A stretch of DNA of 53,253 bases from Polyangiales bacterium (GCA_047619315.1 JBLHKB010000002.1:1-53253); one strand, 5' to 3'. Counted from the stretch's first letter, positions 1 to 10,497 are shown. Notes: generated by a model not told the origin, from the letters alone. Made by a program: numbers and translations.

Positions 1-335
1 GACAGGCAATCTGGCCGTCATCACCGCAGATGGTGCAGCTCGTGTCGTTGCTGCTGTAGTAGTGACCTTCGTTGCAGTAACGCTCCCGCGTGGAGCTGTC
101 ACGACAGGCAATCTGGCCGTCATCACCGCAGATGGTGCAGCTCGTGTCGTTGCTGCTGTAGTAGTGACCTTCGTTGCAGTAACGCTCCCGCGTGGAGCTG
201 TCACGACAGGCAATCTGGCCGTCATCGCCGCAGATGGTGCAGCTCGTGTCGTTGCTGCTGTAGTAGTGACCCTCGTTGCAATAACGCTCCCGCGTGGAGA
301 GGTCACGGCACGCAAGCTGACCGTCATCGCCGCAG
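1..335. repeat. 102-bp tandem repeat (34-aa Cys-rich unit), about 3 copies plus a degenerate part
   Basis: gacaggcaatctggccgtcatc recurs at 1, 103 and 205; degenerate copy near 307. Confidence 0.9.
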
Positions 336-1416
336 GCCTCGCAGATGCTCGACACGAGGAAATTACCCACAGCACAATCGCTTTCGCCCGAACAGCGCGC
401 TTCGCCGTCCGTTCCACATGGGAAGCAGAAGTCACCGTCAAGGTCGTGGTTCTCGGCGCAGGTTCCATCTGCGCAAGGGCGCTGGCCGTTGGACCCACAG
501 GGTGGAGGTCCTGCGTCCGGCGTCCCCGCGTCGATGCTGATGCCGCCGTCGAATCCAGTCCCCCCATCGATGCCCGCTCCTGAATCAACACTTCCTGCGT
601 CGACGCCGGCCGGCGGCTCAAACGTTGCCGCGCCGTCAGCGCTCAGGGCGTAGATGCCAGGACCGTTGAAGACGAAGTCTACATCGTTCGAGCCGAAGCG
701 GCCGCGTGCGAGGAGCGTGCTCAAACCGGGGGCGACGGGCAGGAGGAATTCTTGGGGCTCTGCCTGAATTGTCGGGAGGTTGAACTGATGCTCCACCTCG
801 CTGGGTCCGATGAAGAACTCCCAAGGGGCGACGTCAATGGATTGAGGTCCCACGCTGGTGTTCGTCACGATGCCATCGTTGGCTGCGAAGAGACGAACAG
901 GCCAGAACTCGAGGGGCAAAGGCAGGTCGGGGGTTTCGTCACCAGCAGCGTTGAAGGTGAAGCTCGAGGTCATGCTGCGAAGGTTGCTTCGGTCGCTGTT
1001 CTGGTCGCCGACGAGGAAGTCCGCCCGTATCTCAAGGCTGACCACGAGGATCACGGGGAGCTGGCTGGTGGGAAGCGCGCCGAGCAAGTCACGCTTCCCG
1101 GCTCCTGAAACTCGATGCTTGCGAGTTGGCCAGACTGAATTCGGCCGCTGGAGTCTGTGAACCCCTGTCCAAGAGCCGTGACATCCACGGTGACGCCGAC
1201 GGGAAATGAGTCTGGCACGCCGGTGTAGTCACACACAACGTCACGGGAGGAGTTGAGTTCGCAGTGAACGAGGGACTCCGGGCCTGCAATGGGCGCGAAG
1301 TCGCCGAGGCCGTCGCACTTGCCTTCGCAGCCCGCGATCTCGGTACCGGGGTCTGTGCCGGGGGTGCACGCGAAGCCTAGGAGAGCACACAGCGTCGCGA
1401 CAAAAGCTCGGTTCAT
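1..1416 (-). pseudogene. Cys-rich repeat lipoprotein, split by one frameshift near 1108 (pseudogene or sequencing error); runs off the window
   Basis: ATG 1416 MNRAFVATLCALLGFAC (lipobox) and GKCDG motif; this frame stops at 1051. One extra T in GAG TTT CAG (1108-1110) joins it to a frame open to position 1: SGAGKRDLLGALPTSQLPVILVV...DAGTPDAGPPPC, then CGDDGQIACRDSSTRERYCNEGHYYSSNDTSCTI repeats. Confidence 0.7.
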
Positions 1417-1617
1417 GGAGGGGAAGATAGCACTTGCTATGCCAAGTGTCCGTTCGAACAAAAGAAGCTATTTGGAACGATTTTGTGGGTTTCAGTGCCT
1501 CGCCTGGCGCCGGGCGTGGTCACTGGAGCGGCCAGTTGGCGCAGCGGTGTGAACCAGACTTATCGGTCCCACCTGGCTCTTTTTTGACCTGAGCGTCGCG
1601 ATCGGCTGCGATAACAT

Positions 1618-2172
1618 ATGTCGACCTGGACCCACGAGGCTTTGCTTTTTGCCGCGCTTGGACTTCTGGTGCTCTTGTCCGCGTCCCTCATCATCCGAAA
1701 TGGACGAGGCGCGCGCAACGCCGCAAGGGCCCGGCGCTTGGGCAAGCGGGGGGAGAGTCGCGCGAAGAGTCTGCTCGTGGCAGCGGGCTACCGAATCATC
1801 GAAATGCAGGCGACGAAGGCGCTCACGATTCTCGTCGATGGACGCAAGGTCACCACGCACCTCCGCGCGGACTTTATTCTTGAACGACGCGGACGACGCT
1901 ATGTCGCCGACGCCAAGGCTGGAGAGAAAGCCCCCTCCCCGTCGAGCGCCGCGACTCGCCGACAGCTCCTTGAGTACGCCACGGCTTACGACGTGGACGG
2001 CGTGCTCCTGGTGAATGCGACCAGCGGCAAGATCCACCACGTCGAGTTTCCTGCCCTCGTGAAAAGACGACGCTCATCGCGCGTCCCCACGGGGCTGATT
2101 CTGTTGGTCTTGGCCGTCGTCGGCTTCATCGGCGTCGCCGCCGTCAAGCTAGCGCTCAGCACGCCATCGTAG
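1618..2172 (+). CDS. Membrane-anchored PD-(D/E)XK nuclease-fold protein (YraN-like)
   Basis: GKRGESRAKSLLVAAGYRII...ADFILERRGRRYVADAK resembles the YraN/endonuclease core; hydrophobic helices at both termini. Confidence 0.6.
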   Translation: MSTWTHEALLFAALGLLVLLSASLIIRNGRGARNAARARRLGKRGESRAKSLLVAAGYRIIEMQATKALTILVDGRKVTTHLRADFILERRGRRYVADAKAGEKAPSPSSAATRRQLLEYATAYDVDGVLLVNATSGKIHHVEFPALVKRRRSSRVPTGLILLVLAVVGFIGVAAVKLALSTPS

Positions 2173-2436
2173 GACACGCCGCGGCCAGCGGCCCGCCGAG
2201 CGAAAGCTGCCCTGAGTCTGACGAAGAAACGCCTTGGCCGCCGCTTGGGCGTACGCCGGCGCGTCGATGAGTCCCTCGATCTCGATGGTTCCTTCGGGAG
2301 GCACCGTGGCTTGTCCGTGGTGTCGGCGTTCGGCGCTGAAGAAAAGCGTGAGCGCGTACTCCGCGGCGGCAGCGCTCTCGGACTTCAGGTCGAGTCGAAC
2401 GCGCACGCCGCTCTCGGGATGTAGCTCTTCAAACAT
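2149..2436 (-). CDS. Hypothetical protein
   Basis: 95-aa ORF starting 6 nt downstream of the L,D-transpeptidase gene on the same strand; globular composition. Confidence 0.65.
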   Translation of the reverse strand: MFEELHPESGVRVRLDLKSESAAAAEYALTLFFSAERRHHGQATVPPEGTIEIEGLIDAPAYAQAAAKAFLRQTQGSFRSAGRWPRRVLRWRAER

Positions 2437-2441
2437 GGCTC

Positions 2442-4628
2442 TCAGCCCGCCGTCCCCGGTGCCGCCATCGCGACAGGAGGCGCTACTCTTGGCACCCCCG
2501 CATCGGCGCCTGCATCGGCGCCTGCATCGACTCCCGCGTCGACTCCGCCGTCCATGCCGCCTTCGACAGCTCCGTCGAGGCCTGCATCTGGGAGCGTAAT
2601 GGGCGTAATGTTCCCGAGACGATCGACGGCCACGGTCTGACCATCCGGCATGACGAACGCGCCGACTTCTCGGTCGTACTTGGGCAGGGGGATGGTAATG
2701 GGCGTCAAGCGCGCTCCACGAATGCGGCCCTCGAGAACGGTGACGCGGAGCGGCTCGTTGAGGCGGAACACATAGCCACCGTTGTCGATGGCCAAGTTGT
2801 ACGTGGAACCGTCGACCTCGAGGTTGCGCCGGAACGCCAACGACTGCTGACCTTCTCGATGATGCGGACGGTGACGCAACATGAACGACATCAAGCGAAC
2901 AGCGATGTGGTTGTGGAGACGATGGCAGCCGTGGCTGTGACGCCGCATAATGGACATGTAGTCGACGGAACCGTGAGTTCGAATGCCCTCATCGCCGCCG
3001 AGGCGAATGCTGCCGTCCTCGTTCTCGCGGAACTTTTGGTGGTAGGCCGCGACGAGACCATAGGCGCTGGCGTAGCTCGGCCCTGTCTCGTGATAGTTGA
3101 CGGCGTAGCGCTCTCCACGCTCTTGGCTTCGGGTGAGCAGCGAACGGGCGGGGGTGCTCTCAGGAGGCAGCCAAACCGGCGAAGACACGATGCGACTAAT
3201 AACCCTCGGACCGACTTCGCTGCCCTTGTACTTCCACATGAGGGTTCCGTCGACGGAGTCACTGCGCCAACCGCCGATGGTGGTGCCGAAACGCGCGAGA
3301 GGAATCCGCTGTCCTTCGTAGCGAACGTAGACCGTAAGACGGGGCCTGCGGGCGACGGGCTGGGAGCGCTCGTTGCCTTCTGCGTCGTATGGGAACTCGT
3401 ACCAGACATCGCCGCGGTCGGTTTCAAACTCGAGGTCCATTTCCTGCGCGTAGTACGCAGGGAGCTCTGGGGCCTGCAGCGCTACCACTTGGTGCTCGCC
3501 GGCTTCAAGGCCGCCGAGACCCTCCAGCCACTCGAGGGTGGACTCAGGGGTTTGAAGGCCAAACGAAGTGACCAAGATTTGACGCAGGCTCTCTTCGAAG
3601 TTGGGGAGGGGATGTTCACCGCCGGCGGCGTCTTCGTAGGTGCGGGCTTCGCCTTCGCGAACGAGGCTGCGGCTGCCGTCTTCGATGACTCCGAGGGCGT
3701 GCATCGCTCGTTCGACGAGAACGCGAATCACGTCTTCTTGCTCATTGACGAGGACCGGGCGCCTCAGGGCGTCGAGAGTCCCTCGGCCGATGTAACCCCA
3801 ACCGTAGATGCGGTGGCGACGCTCGAACTTGGCGAGGGCTTCGTGGGTGACCCAGTCCATCGCGCCGCGGGTGAACTGGGAGTCGCCGTAAAAGCCTTCG
3901 CAGACCAAACGGTCCTGCGTCGCACGGATGGCAGCGACATCGTCTCGCTCGTCGAGATAGTCCCCAACGCGTCTTCTGTCGCGACGCTCCAGGGAGTCCT
4001 GATCGAGATCCGAGGCGTCCTCGACACCGGCTTCAGCGACGAGCTCGAGGGCGCGTCTTTCGTCTCGAACAAAGCGACGCGCGTCGCGGCGAGCGCGGTC
4101 GTTGTTGCGGTAGGCGATGAAGCCGTCGAAGGACTCGAGGGCGGAGACATCAAGTTCGTCCGCACACTCCAGGCCGCTGCGTTCGGCCAAGCGTTGCCGA
4201 AGAAGGCCAAGAGTCGGCATGATGCCGTAGAGTTCGAGGTACTCGTCTCGGCGCGCGCGGTCTCCGTGATGGTCTTCGGGGAACTCACCACGAGCCAAAG
4301 AGAGGTACGTGGACCGATACGCGTTCGGCATCCCGGGGCGGTCGGTGAATAGGTAGGGCGTCCAAGCCTCGCCAAGGTCGAGAGGCAGGTAACCATCGGC
4401 GCGTGCGGAGCTTCCTTCTACGTCCTCCGACCTGGCTCCGTTCTCCCAGAGTGTCATCGGCTGGAGAAGCTCGGGCTCCTCGTCAACGACCTCTGCGACG
4501 GGTGGCGCGACCGGTGTAGGTGTAGGAGCCTGCGGCGTCGGAACCGAACGCGCTGTAAAGTCATCAATGACATCGCAGCCCACGATTCCGAGGCTCAGGA
4601 GAAGAGCAAGGGCATAAAAACGGGTCAT
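2442..4628 (-). CDS. L,D-transpeptidase (YkuD-type) lipoprotein with probable peptidoglycan-binding segment
   Basis: Lipoprotein signal MTRFYALALLLSLGIVGC; catalytic motif THGS...HSHGCHRL; GAMDWVTHEALAKFERRH resembles a PG-binding helix. Start moved from 4694 to 4628. Confidence 0.75.
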   Translation of the reverse strand: MTRFYALALLLSLGIVGCDVIDDFTARSVPTPQAPTPTPVAPPVAEVVDEEPELLQPMTLWENGARSEDVEGSSARADGYLPLDLGEAWTPYLFTDRPGMPNAYRSTYLSLARGEFPEDHHGDRARRDEYLELYGIMPTLGLLRQRLAERSGLECADELDVSALESFDGFIAYRNNDRARRDARRFVRDERRALELVAEAGVEDASDLDQDSLERRDRRRVGDYLDERDDVAAIRATQDRLVCEGFYGDSQFTRGAMDWVTHEALAKFERRHRIYGWGYIGRGTLDALRRPVLVNEQEDVIRVLVERAMHALGVIEDGSRSLVREGEARTYEDAAGGEHPLPNFEESLRQILVTSFGLQTPESTLEWLEGLGGLEAGEHQVVALQAPELPAYYAQEMDLEFETDRGDVWYEFPYDAEGNERSQPVARRPRLTVYVRYEGQRIPLARFGTTIGGWRSDSVDGTLMWKYKGSEVGPRVISRIVSSPVWLPPESTPARSLLTRSQERGERYAVNYHETGPSYASAYGLVAAYHQKFRENEDGSIRLGGDEGIRTHGSVDYMSIMRRHSHGCHRLHNHIAVRLMSFMLRHRPHHREGQQSLAFRRNLEVDGSTYNLAIDNGGYVFRLNEPLRVTVLEGRIRGARLTPITIPLPKYDREVGAFVMPDGQTVAVDRLGNITPITLPDAGLDGAVEGGMDGGVDAGVDAGADAGADAGVPRVAPPVAMAAPGTAG

Positions 4629-4885
4629 CACAAGGTTACCTTTGGGCATCGATCTCTCCAGAGCAAGTTTCAGACAGATGACTTCACGATCCATGGGGCT
4701 ACACCCAGCAAAGAGCGCTCCAAGCCGGTGGTGCGCCTTAAACCCCGGGAATTCCCAAAAAGGCCAAGAAGTCTTGTGTCACGCCGCCCACACTCCCGTC
4801 GTTGGGCATGGCGATCAGCCATGATCGCGGAGTGTGTCCGCCATGGAGTGGTCGCCCCTGGCTTCATCGTGGTACTCTGTGGGCG

Positions 4886-5341
4886 ATGAGCGTAATCACT
4901 CGACGAGGCTTCTTCAAAGGAGCCGCCGCTGGCACGGCCGCTCTCGGCGCTTTGAGTACAAGCCGGGCTGCTGCCGAAGACGTACACGCGTTCTTTCGCG
5001 GCCTCGTCGGAACCGAACTTGGGGCGGCGACCGTCGAATCCGCCGAGCTCCACCTGGGCGCCGTCGCCGTTCTGATGCGGGACGCCGACGGCCAACGTTT
5101 CCAGGTCGATGTTCTCCGAACCGACGCCACCCAAGAGGGCGTGCGGGACTCGGCTGGACTGAGTTTCTTCCTCGCAAACCGTGGCAACGGCCACGCGCCG
5201 AGTCACGAATCCCACGGGGTCAGCTTGATCGAGCTCGCGACCTGGTGCAGCACGCGCGCTTCCGGCGCCCCGGCGCCTGAGCTTTTGACGTGGACCGAGC
5301 GCGCGAGCGCCCACCCGCGTGGCGCGTTTCTCGTTTGCTGA
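4886..5341 (+). CDS. Tat-signal exported hypothetical protein
   Basis: MSVITRRGFFKGAAAGTAALGAL twin-arginine signal; TACTCT -10 box 7 nt upstream of ATG 4886. Confidence 0.75.
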   Translation: MSVITRRGFFKGAAAGTAALGALSTSRAAAEDVHAFFRGLVGTELGAATVESAELHLGAVAVLMRDADGQRFQVDVLRTDATQEGVRDSAGLSFFLANRGNGHAPSHESHGVSLIELATWCSTRASGAPAPELLTWTERASAHPRGAFLVC

Positions 5342-5352
5342 TTCCCTAACCC

Positions 5353-6864
5353 ATGGACAAGCTCGCCGCCTGGCGTCGTGAAGGGGGCATGGCGCTTGCG
5401 CTCGTCCTCGCACTCATCGCGCAGCGCCCCTTTGTTGCGGACGCTTTAGGAATCGAAGGGGAGCCAAAGGCCCACCGCCTCCTCGTCATCTTTGTCGCCG
5501 TGGTGATCTTGTGGGTTACCGAGGCGCTTCCTATTCCCGTGACAGCGTTGCTCATCGCACCGGCGCTCATCGGCTTTGGGATCGTGGGTAGTAAAGTTGC
5601 GTTCGCGCCCTACGCCGACCCGCTCCTCTTTCTTTTTGTGGGTGGTTTCTTCATCGCCCGTTCCATGCAGCGTCATGGGCTTGACCGCCGACTGGCTAGC
5701 TCCCTACTTTCGTTGTCGGTGGTGCGGGCAAAACCAAGTCGCTTGCGCGTGGCTTTTCTCGCGACGGGCGCGCTCCTCTCGATGTGGATCAGCAACACGG
5801 CGACGACGGCGATCCTCGCGCCGATCTTGCTCGGCACTTTTGCCCTCGGAAAGACAGGCGGCGGAAAGCCGGGCGACGGAGATACAAACAGCGGCAAAGA
5901 CCCCGCAACAGGCCCACTCCTTGGCCTTGCCTATGCCTGCAGCGTGGGTGGCCTAGGCACCTTGGTGGGTTCGCCGCCCAACGGGATCGCGGCACGCCTC
6001 ATCGACGACAGCCTGGGCCCCAACAGTTCCTTCGGCTTCATCGAATGGGCAATGATCGGTATGCCGACCGCGTTGATCCTGCTGGTGATCGTCATCGTGT
6101 TCACCGGCCGTGCTTCGAAAGAGAATCGCGGCGCGGCTCTCGCCAGCGTCGTCGCCGACAGCAAGGAGAGTGCCGCTACGCCGCCTAAGAAATGGAGTCG
6201 CGGCGAACGAACCACCGCAGCGGCCTTGCTCTTGGCCATCGTCGGTTGGACAAGCACGGGCTTGTGGAAAGCGAGCGGCTCCGAGGCCGGTGTCGCGTTC
6301 GCTGCGGCGCTTCCCGGCGGAGCCGTTGCGCTCCTGGCATGCGTGGTTCTCTTCGTCGTGCGTGACGAAAAGAAGGAGCTCGTGCTGCCTTGGAACGACG
6401 CCGTTAAAATCGACTGGGGCATCATCTTGCTCTTCGGAGGTGGCATCGCCCTCGGGACCCAGATGCGGGCAACGGGGCTTGCCCAGGCGCTCGCAGAGAG
6501 CTTCGTGTCGGCGACGGGCATCGAAGGTCTGTGGACGCTGACGGCGGTCGTGACGGTGTTCACGATCTTTTTTACGGAGGCATGCTCCAACACCGCGTCT
6601 GCGACGATGCTTGTGCCCTTGGTGATCTCCATCGCCGAAGAATTGGGGGTTTCGATCATGCCCCCGGCGTTGGCCGTTGGACTCGCAGCGAGCTGCGCTT
6701 TCGTGCTGCCCATCGCGACAGGCCCCAACGCGATCGTGTATGGGACAGGTCGAGTGGATCTCCGCTCGATGATGCGCACGGGGCTCGGTCTCAACCTGAT
6801 CTGTGCGGTCGCCATCGTCGTGCTGCTGCGAATTCTGCTTCCACTCTATGGATGGATGAACTGA
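5353..6864 (+). CDS. SLC13/DASS family anion:sodium symporter
   Basis: Multi-TM; LWVTEALPIPVTAL, SMWISNTAT, GGLGTLVGSPPN, IDWGIILLFGGG, AFVLPIATGPNAIVYG. Confidence 0.92.
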   Translation: MDKLAAWRREGGMALALVLALIAQRPFVADALGIEGEPKAHRLLVIFVAVVILWVTEALPIPVTALLIAPALIGFGIVGSKVAFAPYADPLLFLFVGGFFIARSMQRHGLDRRLASSLLSLSVVRAKPSRLRVAFLATGALLSMWISNTATTAILAPILLGTFALGKTGGGKPGDGDTNSGKDPATGPLLGLAYACSVGGLGTLVGSPPNGIAARLIDDSLGPNSSFGFIEWAMIGMPTALILLVIVIVFTGRASKENRGAALASVVADSKESAATPPKKWSRGERTTAAALLLAIVGWTSTGLWKASGSEAGVAFAAALPGGAVALLACVVLFVVRDEKKELVLPWNDAVKIDWGIILLFGGGIALGTQMRATGLAQALAESFVSATGIEGLWTLTAVVTVFTIFFTEACSNTASATMLVPLVISIAEELGVSIMPPALAVGLAASCAFVLPIATGPNAIVYGTGRVDLRSMMRTGLGLNLICAVAIVVLLRILLPLYGWMN

Positions 6865-6867
6865 CCC

Positions 6868-7554
6868 GTGAGCGAAACCAAAGAAGGCTGGGCCCAGCGT
6901 TTGCGAGAGGAACTACGGAAGCCTGAACTCGCCCTGCCCTTGGTCCTTGCCCTTGGGTTTGTCTTTTGGGGACACGAGGGCCGGCCCTGGGTTCTGAGCT
7001 TCTTGGAGCCGATGACTCCGGCGCTTACTGGGATGCTCTCCTTCGCCATTGGCGGATTTGTGATGGTGCTGATACCGGCGCTGGTGCTCAAAGGTCTGGG
7101 CGAGAAGCTCTCCGACTACGGGCTTGGGTGGGGCGAACGAAAACACGGCGTTGTCTTCGCCGTGGCAGCAAGCCTGCTGAGCGTTCCCGTGATGTATTTC
7201 GTGTCCGCCGATTCGAGCATGCAGGCGGAGTATCCACTGTATCCGCCGGGCGATTCCCTCCTCGCGTACGAGGCGATGTATTTCTTTTTCTTCGCGGCGG
7301 GAGAAATCTCGATGCGCGGCTACCTTCTCTTCGGCGTAAAACGTTGGAGTGGGAGTACGAGTCTCGCCCTCGGGGTCTCGACCATCGTTCAAACCGTGTG
7401 GCACCTGGACAAGCCCCTGGCAGAGATGGCTGCGGCTCCGATTTGGGGCCTCGCGGTGGGCGCACTTTGTCTGCGCCTACGTAGTGTTTGGTATGCGCTG
7501 ATATTCCACTACGTGTCCAACGTGGCCCTGGACATCTGGGTCTTGTCTCGATGA
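6868..7554 (+). CDS. CPBP (CAAX/Abi) family intramembrane metalloprotease
   Basis: Multi-TM; (G)EISMRG, HLDKP and FHYVSN motifs. The first Glu of EExxxR is replaced by Gly. Confidence 0.75.
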   Translation: MSETKEGWAQRLREELRKPELALPLVLALGFVFWGHEGRPWVLSFLEPMTPALTGMLSFAIGGFVMVLIPALVLKGLGEKLSDYGLGWGERKHGVVFAVAASLLSVPVMYFVSADSSMQAEYPLYPPGDSLLAYEAMYFFFFAAGEISMRGYLLFGVKRWSGSTSLALGVSTIVQTVWHLDKPLAEMAAAPIWGLAVGALCLRLRSVWYALIFHYVSNVALDIWVLSR

Positions 7555-7615
7555 CACGTCGGTTGGATACGCTTCAGCCCTTGGCTCAACCGGCGATTGC
7601 TACCATGACTAGCGG

Positions 7616-8167
7616 GTGAACGAGCCTCGCGTCTTTGGTGCGCTGATTCGAAAAGAGCGCGAGGCGCTTGAAAGAATCGTCGGATCGGAATCCGTCGCGT
7701 CCGCCCTTCGAACTCTTCCGGAAGAAGTGCGCGAGGAGTACTCCACGGTTCGAACACTCACGCGTATTCGAACCCAAACCGTTGAAGCCGTGTACGACGC
7801 GGTGGCGAACGAGACGGGTCGTGACGTGATGCGACTTCATCGCGAGCTCGTTCGCGTCAGCATGGAAAATGCGTTGCGCGGGGTCTGGCGCTCTCTTCTT
7901 CGTTTCACCAGCGATGAGGCCCTCGTTCGGAGGGCGCCGGTGGTGTTTTCGCGAGGCCTTTCCGCTGGGACATTGAGCGCGCGCATCATACGACCGGGCT
8001 CCGCTGAGATACGCCTCACCGGTTGGGATGGCGTGTCCGACATGCAGATCAACGGCATCGCGGCCGGCGCTGAAACCGTACTTACTTGTGCTGGGCGCCA
8101 TAACGTACGCATGGCTTCACACCGAACCCTCGATGGAGCGTGCTGGCTGGCGACCTGGCACGTATGA
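7616..8167 (+). CDS. Hypothetical protein (DUF2378-like myxobacterial family, tentative)
   Basis: 183-aa globular ORF in a run of + strand genes; size and pattern resemble myxobacterial DUF2378-type proteins. Confidence 0.55.
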   Translation: MNEPRVFGALIRKEREALERIVGSESVASALRTLPEEVREEYSTVRTLTRIRTQTVEAVYDAVANETGRDVMRLHRELVRVSMENALRGVWRSLLRFTSDEALVRRAPVVFSRGLSAGTLSARIIRPGSAEIRLTGWDGVSDMQINGIAAGAETVLTCAGRHNVRMASHRTLDGACWLATWHV

Positions 8168-8223
8168 GCCGTGTGGCTGCGCTTTTGTTGATCTGAGAGG
8201 ACATTCCCCGGGACCATAGGCGG

Positions 8224-10497
8224 GTGGACCTGATTTTCGAGAGCGTCTCCTCCTCACGCCAGGACTTTCGTCCGCCGCCTTCAGGCGGCAACGATGACGC
8301 TGCGGAAGACTCCCTGTTGTCGCGAACGGCTGCGATTGTGGCCGCCGAGCACAAACGAACGGGACGGCCCGAGACCGTCGTCGATGTGCTCCATGGCCGA
8401 GCGCTCCAACACTACGAGCGCGGGCTCCGGGAGTACCTCACGCTGCGCTTACGCTCGGTGGCGAAGGCCGAGGCTGCTTGGTCCCAGTTGCGGGCGATGG
8501 TCGCTGTGCGCTCGAGTGAATCTTTGGTGGCCGCCCCGGGGATCCGTGCCCACTTGTATCGTCTTGCTCGGGACACCGTCGCGTCCCGCGAGCGAAGTGA
8601 CGAGGAGGCTCCGTTTAAGGACACGTGCATTCGCTTTGAGCGACTTCGTCGGGATCTCCTGGACGAAGAAGCCGAGATCTTGGAGCTTCGCTACGCGCGG
8701 GAACTGCAAGCGAGCGAACTAGCCCTCGTCCTCGACCTCGACCTGGATGGTGTTCTGGTCAAACTCGGCGCCGCTTCGGAGAAAGCGTCCGCCCTTCTCG
8801 CCGCGACGCGCAACCAGGGCCTTCGGAGAATGCTCTTGCAGGCGTTCAGCGTTCGGCTCTCGGACGCGACGGACGAGGCGCTCGAGAAGGACTCGGCGCT
8901 TGGAACAGGAGCGTTCATCGGAAAGCGCTACCGGGTACAGACGCGCGTGGGCAGTGGCGCTTTCGGCGATGTGTATCGCGCCGAAGACGCCGAGGTCCCT
9001 GGGCACGTCGTGGCGCTAAAACTTCTTCATCAACCGTCCTACACGGATGCAGCACGTCAGCACGCCCTTCGCGAGCTTCGGCACATCGCGTCGGTCTTTC
9101 ACCCGAGCGTTGTGCAGTTCAAGGACCACGGCTGGCACGAGGGCCGGCTTTGGTTTGTGATGCCTTGGTACGATGGCGAAACGCTGGCGTCGCGCATGGA
9201 GCGGGAGCCGCTTTCGCGCCACGAGGCGCATCAAATCTTCGTCAAACTCGCCCGCGCCCTCGAAGCGATGCATGCCGGAGGCATTCGTCACCAGGACATC
9301 AAACCGGACAACGTTTTCCTCGCGGATCTACCCGGCGAGGGCGAGGTCTTACCAGTGCTCATCGATCTCGGTGTGTCCGCGACGGAAGCGGAGATGCTCG
9401 TCGCTGGGACGCCGACCTACTTCGCGCCGGAGGTCGCGGCGCAGTTTGCGACGGTCGCCGACAAACCATGGGTCAGCACAAAAGCAGACATCTTTGCGCT
9501 GGCGCTCACGCTTCGAAACGCCCTTGAGCCTTCCACCGAAGAGGACGTCGACGGTGGCGCCATCGAGACGTTTGTGGAGCAGCGCGCACGCCGTATTCCT
9601 CGCCTACCCGAGGAACGACACCTTCGCTTCTTGGCCCCGCATTTCAAACGCTGGATGTCCCTGGATGCTCTGGAGCGACCGAGCGCGGAAGAACTTGTCC
9701 GAGAGCTCGATGTGCTCATCGAGCCAGAAGCGAAGAAGAATCGACGGCGACGACTCCTGCGTTTGATGTTGCCAGTCTTGCTCGTCGCGAGTGCGGCGTT
9801 CGGCGGCGCTATCGTTCACTATGAGGCGCAGGTGAACGCAAGTGGGCGCGCGCTGAGCGCAGCGCGATCCGATCTTGCGGCGACGAGCGCCGAACGGTCC
9901 GCGATCGCATCACGATACGAGTCGATGCAGCTCTCGTCGTCCGAGCTCCGCGAACGCCTCGCCGATGCCGAGTCGCGACTCTCTCAGTTGACGACGAATC
10001 ATCAGGCTCAGCGTGCGCGGAACGAACGTCTGAGCGCTCGCGCAAACCAACTGGGGGGAACGCTTGAGCGCTCGCGCGAGGCGCGACGCAGTGAGCGAGC
10101 GGCCTTGGAGCGTGAACTCAGCGAGCTTCGCGAGAGCTCTGCGGCGAGCCTTGCCAACAGCGAGCGGCGTTTGGCCGAATCGAGCGCCCGAGCGAACGAG
10201 ACGTTAGGTCGGCTGCAAGCGCAAGAGGCGTCAGCGGCGGAGCTTCGACGAGAGCTGGTGGCTTTCGAGCGCCAGGTAGCTTCCGCCGAGGCCGAAGCCG
10301 CCGCCGAGCAGAGCCGGGCAGCCGCCCTCGCCCGCTCGCTGGAAGTGCAGATCGCAGCGCGTCGACACGCTGAGGACCAGGTGGTCGCAGCGCGTGCGTC
10401 GGCGAGCGCCCTTGCCCCGGCGGCCGCTCAGCCCGAGAACACTGCAAGCGCGGAAGACGCCACGGCCACTTCAACGGGCCCAGCGCCAGTACTTTGA
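8224..10497 (+). CDS. Ser/Thr protein kinase with N-terminal ECF-sigma-like region, TM helix and C-terminal coiled coil
   Basis: VGSGAFGDVY, VALK, HQDIKPDN, DLG, APE motifs; sigma4-like LLDEEAEILELRYARELQASELALVLD; TM LMLPVLLVASAAFGGAIV; long heptad-rich tail. Confidence 0.85.
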   Translation: MDLIFESVSSSRQDFRPPPSGGNDDAAEDSLLSRTAAIVAAEHKRTGRPETVVDVLHGRALQHYERGLREYLTLRLRSVAKAEAAWSQLRAMVAVRSSESLVAAPGIRAHLYRLARDTVASRERSDEEAPFKDTCIRFERLRRDLLDEEAEILELRYARELQASELALVLDLDLDGVLVKLGAASEKASALLAATRNQGLRRMLLQAFSVRLSDATDEALEKDSALGTGAFIGKRYRVQTRVGSGAFGDVYRAEDAEVPGHVVALKLLHQPSYTDAARQHALRELRHIASVFHPSVVQFKDHGWHEGRLWFVMPWYDGETLASRMEREPLSRHEAHQIFVKLARALEAMHAGGIRHQDIKPDNVFLADLPGEGEVLPVLIDLGVSATEAEMLVAGTPTYFAPEVAAQFATVADKPWVSTKADIFALALTLRNALEPSTEEDVDGGAIETFVEQRARRIPRLPEERHLRFLAPHFKRWMSLDALERPSAEELVRELDVLIEPEAKKNRRRRLLRLMLPVLLVASAAFGGAIVHYEAQVNASGRALSAARSDLAATSAERSAIASRYESMQLSSSELRERLADAESRLSQLTTNHQAQRARNERLSARANQLGGTLERSREARRSERAALERELSELRESSAASLANSERRLAESSARANETLGRLQAQEASAAELRRELVAFERQVASAEAEAAAEQSRAAALARSLEVQIAARRHAEDQVVAARASASALAPAAAQPENTASAEDATATSTGPAPVL

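Noticed and set aside
62-583. Plus-strand hydrophobic repeat ORF
   Set aside because: Antisense of the Cys-rich repeat protein on the minus strand.
2859-4352. Long antisense ORFs (also 16179-17357, 19359-20636, 38391-39407, 50971-52659)
   Set aside because: Shadow frames of well-supported genes, expected in high-GC DNA; no motifs.
6868-7554. CPBP protease as the HxsA leader peptidase
   Set aside because: About 22 kb from hxsA and in a separate transporter operon; no evidence of linkage.
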